A DNA stretch of 37,895 nucleotides, taken from the IMG/VR virus record IMGVR_UViG_3300048579_000033, positions 1 through 37,895 of that record; one strand, written 5' to 3'. Positions 14,751 to 24,297 of this stretch are shown here, piece after piece. The notes beneath the pieces are model-generated. The model was not told the origin of the DNA, did not search any database, and saw only the letters and a program-made list of their open reading frames with translations. The position numbers and the translations under genes are program-made. Positions within the stretch are counted from its first letter, which is position 1. Each line of letters opens with the position of its first letter. The stretch is from a virus (Duplodnaviria > Caudoviricetes).

Positions 14751-15808
14751 CCGGTCCTCCCGAGGATCGAGCCAGTGTTTGTGAGGGTGACGTTTGCGGA
14801 GCCGAGGAGGCCGTACCCGGCGAGACCGCCAGCGGCGCCAGCCGAGCCGTTCGCTGCGGTGCCGTTCGAGCCGGTGGAACCGGTGGAGCCCGAAGCCCCG
14901 AAGAGCCCCCCGGCACCGCCTGTGCCACCCATACCCGCATTGGTGCCACCAGCAACGCCGTTGGAGCCCGGCGCGCGGGACTGGCCGTAGCCTTCGCCCT
15001 GACCGCCCGCACCGCCAACGCCGCCGGCAGTCGCGACAGCGCTCGTGATGGTGCGATAAATCCCGTAGCCCGAGCCCCGGTTGGTCCCTCGGTAGTAGGT
15101 ATATCCGGCATAGACTACGGACGCTGGAGCCAGCCCGGCATTCCCGGCGATCGAAGTGCTGTTCCAGTTGTAGCTCCACAGCCACATCTTGAAGATGTCG
15201 TTGTAGGTTTCAGTGACTGAATAGGCAGGGCTAGTGCTGAAATATTCCCCCGTTTCCGGCTCTCGGACGGCAGCGGTAGCGGACCCGGCACCACCAGTAC
15301 CACCCTGTCCGCCGCCACCGCCGCCGCCCCTGAGGACGCCCGATAGGAGCAACTGGAGCTTCTGGTTGGCGTTGCCCACACGGTTCGCTTGGAAGGCATT
15401 GCCGCCGACACCGCTGTTTGCCGCGCCTCCCTTACCCGAGATAGTGCCTCGCACGTCGAAGGTCAGCGAGCCGCCCCAAGCCGTGGGCCCGATAGTGACG
15501 GCAGCGTCCAGCGTGGAGGAGTTCCCTCGCTCGACCCCGGCAGGAAGGATGACACGCTTGGCAGTCTCGCCGGTCCAGTCGGACGGGCTGAAGAGGCTTT
15601 CGAGCGTGATGGCCGAACCGCCGGCCGCCAAGGTGACCACGATCTCGGAGGATTTGCCGAGGAAGTCGGAGAAGGATATTGCGCCGGAAGCCTTCGCCGC
15701 GAGCGCCCGCTCGGCGGGACCATTCATGGAGAAGGCCGCGTTAGCGGCTCTCCCCAGCTCGGTGTTGATTTGAGCGGCTGTGATCGATCCGCTGCTCGGC
15801 AGTGCCAT
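14747..15808 (-). CDS. Glycine-rich distal tail fibre/adhesin
   Basis: [10 protein letters not shown]...INTELG...ISFSDFLGK N-terminus, polyglycine runs, aromatic-rich central segment; coupled to the upstream fibre. Confidence 0.8.
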   Translation of the reverse strand: MALPSSGSITAAQINTELGRAANAAFSMNGPAERALAAKASGAISFSDFLGKSSEIVVTLAAGGSAITLESLFSPSDWTGETAKRVILPAGVERGNSSTLDAAVTIGPTAWGGSLTFDVRGTISGKGGAANSGVGGNAFQANRVGNANQKLQLLLSGVLRGGGGGGGQGGTGGAGSATAAVREPETGEYFSTSPAYSVTETYNDIFKMWLWSYNWNSTSIAGNAGLAPASVVYAGYTYYRGTNRGSGYGIYRTITSAVATAGGVGGAGGQGEGYGQSRAPGSNGVAGGTNAGMGGTGGAGGLFGASGSTGSTGSNGTAANGSAGAAGGLAGYGLLGSANVTLTNTGSILGRTG

Positions 15809-16992
15809 CAGGTATATGCCGAGATGTTGCCCTCAGCGGTGATACTGCCGGTGAGGTCGAGGTTAGCGCCCTTGATGGTGCCGGAGAACGTCGGGTTGGC
15901 TCTGGGCGCCAGAAGCGCGAGCATCGTGTCGATTTCCGCCTTTGTGTAATAGTCGCTGTTATGGTTGTGAGCTATCGGCGGGAAGGTCGAAGGCTTGTTG
16001 GTCAGCAGGGTCCAGTCAGTGGGACCAGCGGGGCCGGCAGGACCGGGATCACCCTGCGGCCCTTGCGGCCCCTCGGGGCCTTGGTCGCCCTTAAGCCCCT
16101 GAATGCCCTGAACACCCTGCGGACCCTCGGGCCCCTGCGGCCCCGGTTCGCCTTGCGGCCCTTCTGGCCCCTGCGGCCCCGCGTCGCCCTTCTCGCCTTT
16201 CTCGCCCCTGTCGCCTTTGCCAAATGGAATGCCGTCAGACCACCCAGAGGCCATGCGGATGAAGAGCTGTCCAACATCGGTGGCGAGGAACGCGAAACCC
16301 TTAGCCTCGCTGTCGTAGGCCGCCCGCTCCGCGAGGAAACCCGTGGCATCAACGGTGAAGGACTGCCCGGCCGCGCCGGTGTCGCCCTTATCGCCTTTTT
16401 CGCCCTTATCGCCTTTCACGCCCTGAAGACCCTGCGGACCTTGAGGACCGGTGGCACCCTGCGGCCCTTGAACGCCCTGAGGGCCGGCCGCCCCGGTCAA
16501 ACCTCGGAGCCCTTGAACGCCCTGCGGACCCTGCGGTCCCTGAGCGCCCGCTACTCCAGCCTCGCCCTTAACACCTTGCGGGCCCTGAGGACCGGTAGCA
16601 CCAACCGGCCCCTGTATGCCCTGCGGACCCTGCGAGCCCTGAGGACCGACTTCGCCCTGGGGGCCGGTGGGACCTGCGAGGCCAGGTAGGCCGGGACGTT
16701 CCTGTGCGTGGTAGATGGCCTGAAGAAGAACCTCGTTATAGGTCTCTGCCGGGAGAGGCTTATCGTCCTGAATTGTGTGAAGCGGTACTTCCGGCGTCTC
16801 GCGCCGAATGGTGACTGTCGTTCCGGCCGCCGGGGGCTCGGCCGTCTGGATGCGGCTATCGTTCAGGAACGAAAAGGCGACGGGATCGCCGCCAACGTAC
16901 ACCTTCACATGTTCCTTTCGGAGATACGGGAAGGTCAGATCATAGGTGTTGGTCGAGCCGTTGCCGGTGAACTCGACGGAAGGGGTCGTCAT
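15808..16992 (-). CDS. Tail fibre with T7 gp17-like N-terminal anchor and two collagen (Gly-X-Y) blocks
   Basis: FTGNGS...FPYL...V.IRRET anchor; GPQ/GEK/GDK repeats. Confidence 0.92.
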   Translation of the reverse strand: MTTPSVEFTGNGSTNTYDLTFPYLRKEHVKVYVGGDPVAFSFLNDSRIQTAEPPAAGTTVTIRRETPEVPLHTIQDDKPLPAETYNEVLLQAIYHAQERPGLPGLAGPTGPQGEVGPQGSQGPQGIQGPVGATGPQGPQGVKGEAGVAGAQGPQGPQGVQGLRGLTGAAGPQGVQGPQGATGPQGPQGLQGVKGDKGEKGDKGDTGAAGQSFTVDATGFLAERAAYDSEAKGFAFLATDVGQLFIRMASGWSDGIPFGKGDRGEKGEKGDAGPQGPEGPQGEPGPQGPEGPQGVQGIQGLKGDQGPEGPQGPQGDPGPAGPAGPTDWTLLTNKPSTFPPIAHNHNSDYYTKAEIDTMLALLAPRANPTFSGTIKGANLDLTGSITAEGNISAYT

Positions 16993-17035
16993 GGTTTCCT
17001 TTGGTTGAGGCCCCGCCCGAAGGCGGAGCCGTTGA

Positions 17036-20000
17036 TTACTTCTCGGGCCGATCAGAGATCAGCATTCCAAGCGCAGCGGTGAGAGGGGCCCAATTCCCAA
17101 GCGGAGCGAAGGCGCGGACGCCCGCCTTGATCTGGGTTTGGGTCATGTCCTCGTCCTCCCAGAACGCCGAAGCCGCCCCTCTCGTGAACTGAGCGGCGCT
17201 CTTAAGCTGGTCCGTCACGGGCGAGCCGAGGAACGCATCAGTGGGTGATCCAGAGGCGCGGGCCTGACCGAATTGTGGGCCAAGCGGGGTGAATTGGAGG
17301 AGGCTGTCGAGGAACATCGGTACTACGGAAGCGGTGGCAGTTCTGGCCCAACCGTTCTTCAGTAGGTTCACCGGGTCCATCGTTTCCTCCCACTTCTCAT
17401 CATCCAGCAGGGCGGTTCCAGATTGCCGAACGGCGAATGTGGCGACGCCGAAAGCCAGCTCCCCGAGCAGGAGAACAAGCATCCTCGGATCCGTGAAGGC
17501 GCCGTGGTTCAGGGACCAGAGCGTGGACTTTGCGAAGGCGCCGAACACGAAGGACCTGAATTGCACGAAGAGGGACGCGACGGGGTTCGACATCCACTTC
17601 GAGAGGGCGCCGTAGTCGTTCATCTGGACTAAGCGGTCGGTGTATCTCCCGAGGAAGACCCGAAACTTGCTGACGGCGTCGGTGTCCCATGCGGCGGTGT
17701 TGATGCCAACAATCTTCCGCCCCTCGAACTCAGAGTGGTCAAGTATGTTACGGAACAAGAGCTTGGCGTCTTTTTCTCCGAGGCCAATGGACGCTAGGCG
17801 ATCGCGGTCGCGCGGCTTGATCTTGGAGAAGTCGAAGCTGCCGTCCGCTCGGCGCGCTTTGCGGGCCATGCCGGCGATCTGCTGGGTAATGGCCTTCATC
17901 GCCCAACGCTGCTGATAGGCGGTGATATGCCGCATTAGAGAGACGTTGGTGGTGAGCCGCTGCCCGGCGTCGAGAACATTGTCCACGAACTGCGTGATCC
18001 GCCCGCCCGTCTCCGCACCCAGCCGGTCATCGGCGAGGCGGAGGTCGTAGCGGCTCCACAGGTTCTCAAGGCCAATTCCGGTCATGTCCGTGAGTTCGTT
18101 CAGGAGCCGGTCGCGGCTTGCACCGCTGGTCTTGGCCGTCCGGGCGAGCGTTCGAATGGCGGGCATCTGGGACACCGCCGCCCGGAAGCCGGTGAGCGAC
18201 ACGATCTTCCACGTCTCCTGCACCTGATTGAGGCCCATGTTGGACATCAACCGAATGAACTGACTGGTCTTGATGCGCCGCGCCCACTGAGCGAATGCCT
18301 TCTCCTGCCCGTAGACCGGAATGCCGTTGATCCGCTTCCAACCGAAGTCGATGTTTTCGAGCATGTTCGCCAGCTCCTTCTCCTTCGCGGAGCGGGGGCC
18401 GGGCATTAGCCGGTAGCTCTCTGCAAGGGACTGTTTGAGCTTGGAGAGGTCGGCTTCGGAACGCAGTCCGTCAGCGATCATCTCACCGTTGGAGGGGTTG
18501 ACGATCTTGGTCTTGGCGAACTCTATCCGGCCGGACATGCTCCGGGCGTAGCGCCGGAACAGCAGCTCAGCGTCATCCTCGAACAGGTCCCGCATTCGGA
18601 GGTCAATCGTGCCCCCTTCGCGCGTCTGAAGGGATGCACGGTAGTCGTAGTCGAGGAGCGTCCGGCGCTTGAGATAGCCGACCCCCTTCGAGCTGTCCGA
18701 TGCCGGCTTTTTCGCCGCGTCCATCATTCCCGACAGGAGGTCGAACACCTGCCCAATCTCATCGTCCGAGAGGAGGTTCTTGTTATCCAAAGCCTCGTAG
18801 AAGGCGTTCTTGAAACCCTCGCGGTCGTTGATGTGGAGGGACTTGGACATCCCATCCTCGATCCCGAAGCCGGCCTTTCGGATGTTGCTCCAGTAGCCGC
18901 GCGCCATCTTCTGCGCCAATTCCTCCGAAATCTCGGACGCGTGCTGCCGGATGGCGTCCTTGATGAACCGCTCCATGACCTCGTTGTGGATCAACTGGTC
19001 GAGGTGGGCGATGCGCTCGTGCTTCGCGACAAGCGGGAGATAGTGGGGGTCAGCAGCGCCGTTCCAAAGCCCCGCCCGGTTCAGCTCATCCGCAAACTCG
19101 GCCATCTGCTTTCGAAGAATGCCGCCCGCCTTCACGACGTGTTGGTTCGTCTCCGGTGAGGGGTGCGGGTCCCAAATGTAATCGGAGACCAGCCGGTTGA
19201 ACTCGGCCTCGCGCTTGGCGCGCCCCGTCATGTTCAGCGTCGAGAGGTTTCCTTCGGCGATATAGGCGTTCTTCGCCGGTAAGTACGTGAGATCGAAGTT
19301 GCCCGTCATCTTTCGATGGAGAGCAACGAAGCGGGAGTTCACGCTGTCCGGGACGACGCTGTGGTCCGCGAAGCCGGCCGTCTCCTCGAAGAAGCTCGCA
19401 CCAATCAATCGGGCCAACGGGTTCTTCGCCGTGGTCATCTGGCCGGTCACGTCGCCCTTGCGGAGCCATCCGCCGAAGCCGCGCGCCACGTCCTCGTCCC
19501 TGATCTCAATGGCAAGTTCCCGATCCGCAGGAATCAAGCTGTCACGCTGGAGGGGGTTGCGGGCGGCACCAGCGTTGCCGGGCAACGGTGCGCCTGAGGC
19601 GGTCGGCAACTGGTTCGCCCTGGCCGCCGCTTCCAGCGCCAGATCAGCCTCGAACCGGGCGTTGGGGGCACGCATCAGCATTCCACCGAAAGCTCCGAAA
19701 ACGGCGCCGATCCCGGCGGCCGCTAGCGGGTCCGCATGGGGGTCCGAGAAGGCGCGCTGCGAGCCATAGTCGATGGCCGCATTGGTGACGGCTCCGACTG
19801 CGGAGGAGGTCGCAACGCGCCCAACGGTGCTGAAGCCCGCGAGCGCAGCACTGCCTATGCCGCCTGTTAGGAGAGACGGAATGGACACAATCGGGTCCAC
19901 GGCACCGGCTAGAAGACTAGCACCAGTGGCGGACCAGCCCCCCGCAGCAAGGCGCTGCTGGCGCTCCACGTCCTCCGAGGCCCACTTCAAACGCTGCTGG

Positions 20001-20776
20001 AGCACGACTTCAGAGCCGGAGGACAACAGGAAGTCCCGGTAGTTCTCCGGGTACTGCTTCGCGATCTCGACGCCGCGCTCTTCGCCGATGGTGAAGTTCG
20101 GATCGTAGGTGCCCTCGCTCGCCCACCGAAGGGCCTGAGCGGTGATCGTCTGTGAGCTGAAAGCGGCCCCGAATTCCTGACTGAAGCTCTCATAAGGCTG
20201 GGGCGCTCGGGCGGCAGCTTCCCGCTGCTCGACGACATTCGCGGGCCTGAAGGACCCAACTGAGGCGCCCGGATCGGTGGTGATCTGTGGTCGAATGTCA
20301 CCGTCAACGGGGTCGAAAGGGTTGGTCTGTTCGGACGGGGTGAACTCGCCGTTCAGGAGGCGGACAGCGTTCTGCTTATGCCCCTCCATCTGCCCATTGA
20401 CCTTGTCGCGGACGGTGCCGGGCGCGCCGCCAGCGGCTTCATCCGATCGGTCGTAGAGACCGGGGCCGCCCGCGTTGATGATGGAGTACATGTCGAGGAG
20501 GCCCATACCGGGCTGATATCCGCGATCTACGAGGTATCGAGCCGAGGCCGCAACCAAGTCCTCAATCGGGGCACCCTCGCTATAGCCGTACTGCTTTCGC
20601 TGGGGGCCGCCCATCTGGATCAGTCCACGGTGTGTTCCCCACTTCGTGGTCGGCCCCTTCTTCCAAGGATCGAAAGTTCCGCCGGTCTCGTAGGACATGA
20701 CGGTGGCGAGGTCCGCCGGGTTCGCTCCAATGCGCGCGGCTTGATCTTTGATAGCCGCCGCCAATCGCTCGTTCAT
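17036..20776 (-). CDS. Internal virion (ejection) protein, gp16-like, with N-terminal lytic transglycosylase-like domain
   Basis: 1246 aa; VMSYETGG...GLIQ SLT-like motif; synteny. Confidence 0.85.
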   Translation of the reverse strand: MNERLAAAIKDQAARIGANPADLATVMSYETGGTFDPWKKGPTTKWGTHRGLIQMGGPQRKQYGYSEGAPIEDLVAASARYLVDRGYQPGMGLLDMYSIINAGGPGLYDRSDEAAGGAPGTVRDKVNGQMEGHKQNAVRLLNGEFTPSEQTNPFDPVDGDIRPQITTDPGASVGSFRPANVVEQREAAARAPQPYESFSQEFGAAFSSQTITAQALRWASEGTYDPNFTIGEERGVEIAKQYPENYRDFLLSSGSEVVLQQRLKWASEDVERQQRLAAGGWSATGASLLAGAVDPIVSIPSLLTGGIGSAALAGFSTVGRVATSSAVGAVTNAAIDYGSQRAFSDPHADPLAAAGIGAVFGAFGGMLMRAPNARFEADLALEAAARANQLPTASGAPLPGNAGAARNPLQRDSLIPADRELAIEIRDEDVARGFGGWLRKGDVTGQMTTAKNPLARLIGASFFEETAGFADHSVVPDSVNSRFVALHRKMTGNFDLTYLPAKNAYIAEGNLSTLNMTGRAKREAEFNRLVSDYIWDPHPSPETNQHVVKAGGILRKQMAEFADELNRAGLWNGAADPHYLPLVAKHERIAHLDQLIHNEVMERFIKDAIRQHASEISEELAQKMARGYWSNIRKAGFGIEDGMSKSLHINDREGFKNAFYEALDNKNLLSDDEIGQVFDLLSGMMDAAKKPASDSSKGVGYLKRRTLLDYDYRASLQTREGGTIDLRMRDLFEDDAELLFRRYARSMSGRIEFAKTKIVNPSNGEMIADGLRSEADLSKLKQSLAESYRLMPGPRSAKEKELANMLENIDFGWKRINGIPVYGQEKAFAQWARRIKTSQFIRLMSNMGLNQVQETWKIVSLTGFRAAVSQMPAIRTLARTAKTSGASRDRLLNELTDMTGIGLENLWSRYDLRLADDRLGAETGGRITQFVDNVLDAGQRLTTNVSLMRHITAYQQRWAMKAITQQIAGMARKARRADGSFDFSKIKPRDRDRLASIGLGEKDAKLLFRNILDHSEFEGRKIVGINTAAWDTDAVSKFRVFLGRYTDRLVQMNDYGALSKWMSNPVASLFVQFRSFVFGAFAKSTLWSLNHGAFTDPRMLVLLLGELAFGVATFAVRQSGTALLDDEKWEETMDPVNLLKNGWARTATASVVPMFLDSLLQFTPLGPQFGQARASGSPTDAFLGSPVTDQLKSAAQFTRGAASAFWEDEDMTQTQIKAGVRAFAPLGNWAPLTAALGMLISDRPEK

Positions 20777-20823
20777 TCACTCTCCTGATGATGGGACCCG
20801 CCGAAGCGGGCCCCGCGTGATGT

Positions 20824-23292
20824 TCAGTGTCCGCCCTTCACCACGGTCTTGCCGTTGATGGTGACGTTCGGGACGAGGTAGCTGAGCCAATCGCTGTATG
20901 CCTTCAGGGCCACGGCTCCGTCCCCGATGACGGTCTTCTTCATGGCTTCCGTCACAGCGTCCTGCTCCTGCCTGACGACGCCGGCCTCTCTGGCGAGACG
21001 GTCGTCTAGGTTCTGCTGGAGCTTTCGGGCGATGGCCTGACTGAGCGGGCCGGTTTGACGGCGCCAGCGGTCAATCGCTGCTCGCTCGGCGGCAATCTCC
21101 TCGTCGTGCTGCTGTTTGAGTGCCGCCCGGTCGGCTTCCTTAGCCTTGGCGAGAGCCCGCATCTTCTCCTCATCTGCGGCAGATTTCTCGGCGCGGATAG
21201 TGGACAGCGTCGCCGGGGTAATGGGGTCGGCGCTGATTGGGGCGAGGCCGTGCGCCTTGCTGTAGACGTACCACCGGTCCTCGGAACCGCTCGGAACCAC
21301 ATAAAGGTCGGAGGGGTCCGTGATGCCGAGGCGGGCCCCGTCGGTCGCAACCCGCTTCTTCAGCGCCTCTTCCATCAGGACCGGGAAATCGTCGGGGAGG
21401 TCCCGGTGATTGAAGACCAGAACCCCGTTGATGGGGATCGCGGTGTTCTTCAGATCGTCCGCGAGGCTGTCCTTGATCTCCGCGTCGGTGAGCCCCATGC
21501 GGGACAGGCTGGAGATGCGGTCCATGACGTGGAGGTAGTTGGGCCCGCGAACGTCAGCCCCGAGTTCGTCGAGCATCTTCCGGGCGAGCCGGTCGGCGTC
21601 GGCGATCTTGATCATGCCCTTGGCTTTCGTGGCCTCAGGCAGCGCAATCTGCTGCGCCGCGTAGACCAACGCTTCGTCCTCCGGCATCCGGCGGGCCGAC
21701 AGCGCGTTGTCGTAGGTCTCTAGGAACTCCTTGGACTTCGGGTCCGTGAGGATGGTGGAGAGGTAGGCCGGATTGACCGCCTTCAGGTCCCGATAGAGCC
21801 GCGCACTGTCCTTGAGGTAGGCCGAGACCTCGCCCTTCTGGAGCAACGTGTCGAGGGTGGCGCGACCGGCGAAGCCGTTGAGGGTGTTCTGCCAGCCGGT
21901 GTTGACGATCTTGTTGCCCGCATACCAGTCCGTTCGGGCCCGGTTGACCTGACGGCGGGCGTCCTCCTCGGAAGCTCCACCGGCGATCAAATCCTCCTGC
22001 ATCCGACCGAAGGCGGCCTCCTTCATTTCCACCACGCGGTCCACGATAGTCTGTTTGGCAATCCGCTTGGTTCCTTCCCCGCTCGGGGCCGCTATCTCAA
22101 CGTCCTTGAGATCGTTGACGCCGCCCATTCGCTCCATGGCTCCGAATGCCTGGGCGTAGACCCGGTCTTCCTGCCGGTCGCTCTCCGCGCTGAGTTCCCG
22201 GCGGCGCTGCTCGTTCGCGTGGCGGGTTTCGGCCGCAAGGCGGTAGCCGCTGGACTGGTCGACCATCGAGGCCAACTCGGCATCGGTGTACAGGCTCGAA
22301 CCCTTGCGCTTCTCCGCCTCGGCAGCGGTGAAGGCGCCACTCCGAACCAGCTCGTCGTCCGTCATGAACTCCGAGAGGCCGGTTTCGCGGGCCTTCTTCC
22401 GGCTCACCTCAGCCGCCTGATCGAGCAGCTTCAGGGCCTTGTCGGTGTACCCTGCGATCTTCGTCAGGGCCGGAACAGTGCGCCCATCGGAGCCCGTTCG
22501 GGTCCCCTCAAGCAGCGCTCGGGCGACCTCCTCGTTGCCCTGAAGGGCGTACTCCTCGGCAACGCGGAAGATCGTGTCATTCTGCTCTTGACCGGAGAGG
22601 CCGAGGAAGTCCCTGTTAGCGGCCGACTTCGTGAAGATCATCGCGGCGATCTCCTGCGGCGTCTTTCCCTCGCGGGCGGCGTCGTCGATGGAGTTGCGGA
22701 AGCCGTCCACGATGGTCGTGTTGAGCTGCTGCTTGGCGTAGCTCACCCGGTCCTCGGTGTCCTTCTCCATCCACGCGGAGAAGTGATCCTTGGTCAGGCG
22801 ATAGAAGTTGCCCTTAGCGATGTCGTTCGGGAGCCCTTCGGCGTAGGTCTGCCGGAGACGTTCGTACTCCCCAGCGGCGTTGCCGGAGGAGCGGTCGAAG
22901 CCGGTGTTATAGAACTCCAGCCACGACTTGCGGAAATCGTCGTTCGCCCGCTCGCCAAGCATGACGTTGAGCGCATCCTCGCGGACCCGAATGCCGTCAG
23001 GGGTGCCGTTCTTGGCTTCCTCTCGGAGCTGATCGAGCGACATCTGCTGGCGCCGGCCGATCCACTCGCGGTTCTCGCGGGACTGCGGATCGTCCTCCAC
23101 CGCGTCCTTGACGGCAGCGTAGTTGAGGAGGGCCGAATTCAGGCCACCAAGAGCGGACGCGAGGGCGTTGAGGTTGCCCCCGACCTGTCGCTCTTGGGGC
23201 CGGACGAAGGTGCTGCCGGGGATGCCGGCGGGCTGAATACGGGTCTGCTGGAGGGGCGCAACGCGCGCGCCCGTGCCAAATAGTCCTGCCAT
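20824..23292 (-). CDS. Internal virion protein, gp15-like
   Basis: 822 aa, helical, syntenic position. Confidence 0.8.
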   Translation of the reverse strand: MAGLFGTGARVAPLQQTRIQPAGIPGSTFVRPQERQVGGNLNALASALGGLNSALLNYAAVKDAVEDDPQSRENREWIGRRQQMSLDQLREEAKNGTPDGIRVREDALNVMLGERANDDFRKSWLEFYNTGFDRSSGNAAGEYERLRQTYAEGLPNDIAKGNFYRLTKDHFSAWMEKDTEDRVSYAKQQLNTTIVDGFRNSIDDAAREGKTPQEIAAMIFTKSAANRDFLGLSGQEQNDTIFRVAEEYALQGNEEVARALLEGTRTGSDGRTVPALTKIAGYTDKALKLLDQAAEVSRKKARETGLSEFMTDDELVRSGAFTAAEAEKRKGSSLYTDAELASMVDQSSGYRLAAETRHANEQRRRELSAESDRQEDRVYAQAFGAMERMGGVNDLKDVEIAAPSGEGTKRIAKQTIVDRVVEMKEAAFGRMQEDLIAGGASEEDARRQVNRARTDWYAGNKIVNTGWQNTLNGFAGRATLDTLLQKGEVSAYLKDSARLYRDLKAVNPAYLSTILTDPKSKEFLETYDNALSARRMPEDEALVYAAQQIALPEATKAKGMIKIADADRLARKMLDELGADVRGPNYLHVMDRISSLSRMGLTDAEIKDSLADDLKNTAIPINGVLVFNHRDLPDDFPVLMEEALKKRVATDGARLGITDPSDLYVVPSGSEDRWYVYSKAHGLAPISADPITPATLSTIRAEKSAADEEKMRALAKAKEADRAALKQQHDEEIAAERAAIDRWRRQTGPLSQAIARKLQQNLDDRLAREAGVVRQEQDAVTEAMKKTVIGDGAVALKAYSDWLSYLVPNVTINGKTVVKGGH

Positions 23293-23295
23293 GGA

Positions 23296-23820
23296 TTACG
23301 ATGTCCGCTTCACATAGTCGGAGTAGGCGCTGAGCCCGGACCCGAAGGCGTTGAGGAGGTATGGGGCGGCGCTTGGTTTCTCAGGCAGCGGGACCGAGTT
23401 GATCTGGCTTTGCCCCTGAGCCTCGGCCGACTTCATTTCGCCGAGGAGGTAGTCGCGGCTCATGCGCTGGTTCGCATCGAGTGCCGCATCGTTCCGCCCC
23501 TGTTGGGCGTAGATGTCGCGGATCATGGCGTCCACGGACAGGCCGGACACTCCGCCCTCTGAGGCCGCTACTTGGGCAGTTGAGGCGGCTTTCGCGGCTT
23601 CAATGCCGGCCTCAGTTTGCTGCTGGACGCGAGCTGCATCCTCCTGCTGAGACCGGATGGAGATGTTGGAATACTGGTTTTCTGCGGCGAGAGAGGCATT
23701 GATGGCGTTCTGCTCATACACCTTCATCTGCTGCTCATACTGAGCATTCGCCGCGCTGTACTGCATGGCACTCTGAGCGATGCCAAGCCCCATAGACGCG
23801 ATGGCGATGAAATCACACAT
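23296..23820 (-). CDS. Internal virion protein, gp14-like
   Basis: MC start, Ala/Gln-rich, EGGVSGLSVD motif. Confidence 0.85.
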   Translation of the reverse strand: MCDFIAIASMGLGIAQSAMQYSAANAQYEQQMKVYEQNAINASLAAENQYSNISIRSQQEDAARVQQQTEAGIEAAKAASTAQVAASEGGVSGLSVDAMIRDIYAQQGRNDAALDANQRMSRDYLLGEMKSAEAQGQSQINSVPLPEKPSAAPYLLNAFGSGLSAYSDYVKRTS

Positions 23821-24286
23821 GGTGGCTAATTCGGGCGAACTCGATCACGGGGACCTTGTGCGCCCCGAAGTTCTCGATCCTTCGGATGAACTTGAAACCC
23901 AGCCACTTGAGCCACCGGTGGTGGACCTCGTTGCGGGCGTCACAGACGTTGAAGAGAGTGTCGTAGGACTTCCCCAGCTCGCTGATCACATCGAGCGATC
24001 CACGCAGGAAGCAGGTACGACGGCGAGTGAGGAGCGAGGTCCCCGAGAGCGCGACAGCGCCCCCGGAAAGTCCGACCGGCACCACCCCCAAAATCCCGAG
24101 AAGGTCACCTTCTGGGGATCGCAGGGTCAGTGAGGGAGCGCCGATCAGGACCCCAAGGAGTAGGTTGTGGATCACAGGCTTTCCCGTGATGTCCTCAACC
24201 TCTCTCCGATCCTCCGGGCGGATGTTCGCCTCCAGCTCGTAAGCATCGGCGAACGTGGCTCGGGTGACGATGCCGTGAGGGGTCAG
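23813..24286 (-). CDS. gp13-like virion assembly protein (GNAT-like fold), probable non-canonical start
   Basis: LFNVCDARN...RWLKWLGF motif; in-frame upstream segment LEANIRPEDRREV looks like the family N-terminus but lacks ATG/GTG/TTG. Confidence 0.8.
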   Translation of the reverse strand: MTPHGIVTRATFADAYELEANIRPEDRREVEDITGKPVIHNLLLGVLIGAPSLTLRSPEGDLLGILGVVPVGLSGGAVALSGTSLLTRRRTCFLRGSLDVISELGKSYDTLFNVCDARNEVHHRWLKWLGFKFIRRIENFGAHKVPVIEFARISHHV

Positions 24287-24297
24287 TGCTTTCTTTC

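Noticed and set aside
14747-15808. Diversity-generating retroelement target in the adhesin
   Set aside because: No reverse transcriptase or template/variable repeat pair seen in the window.
16020-16700. Dense short DNA repeats as a possible CRISPR or VNTR
   Set aside because: Fully explained by collagen Gly-X-Y codons; no repeat-spacer structure.
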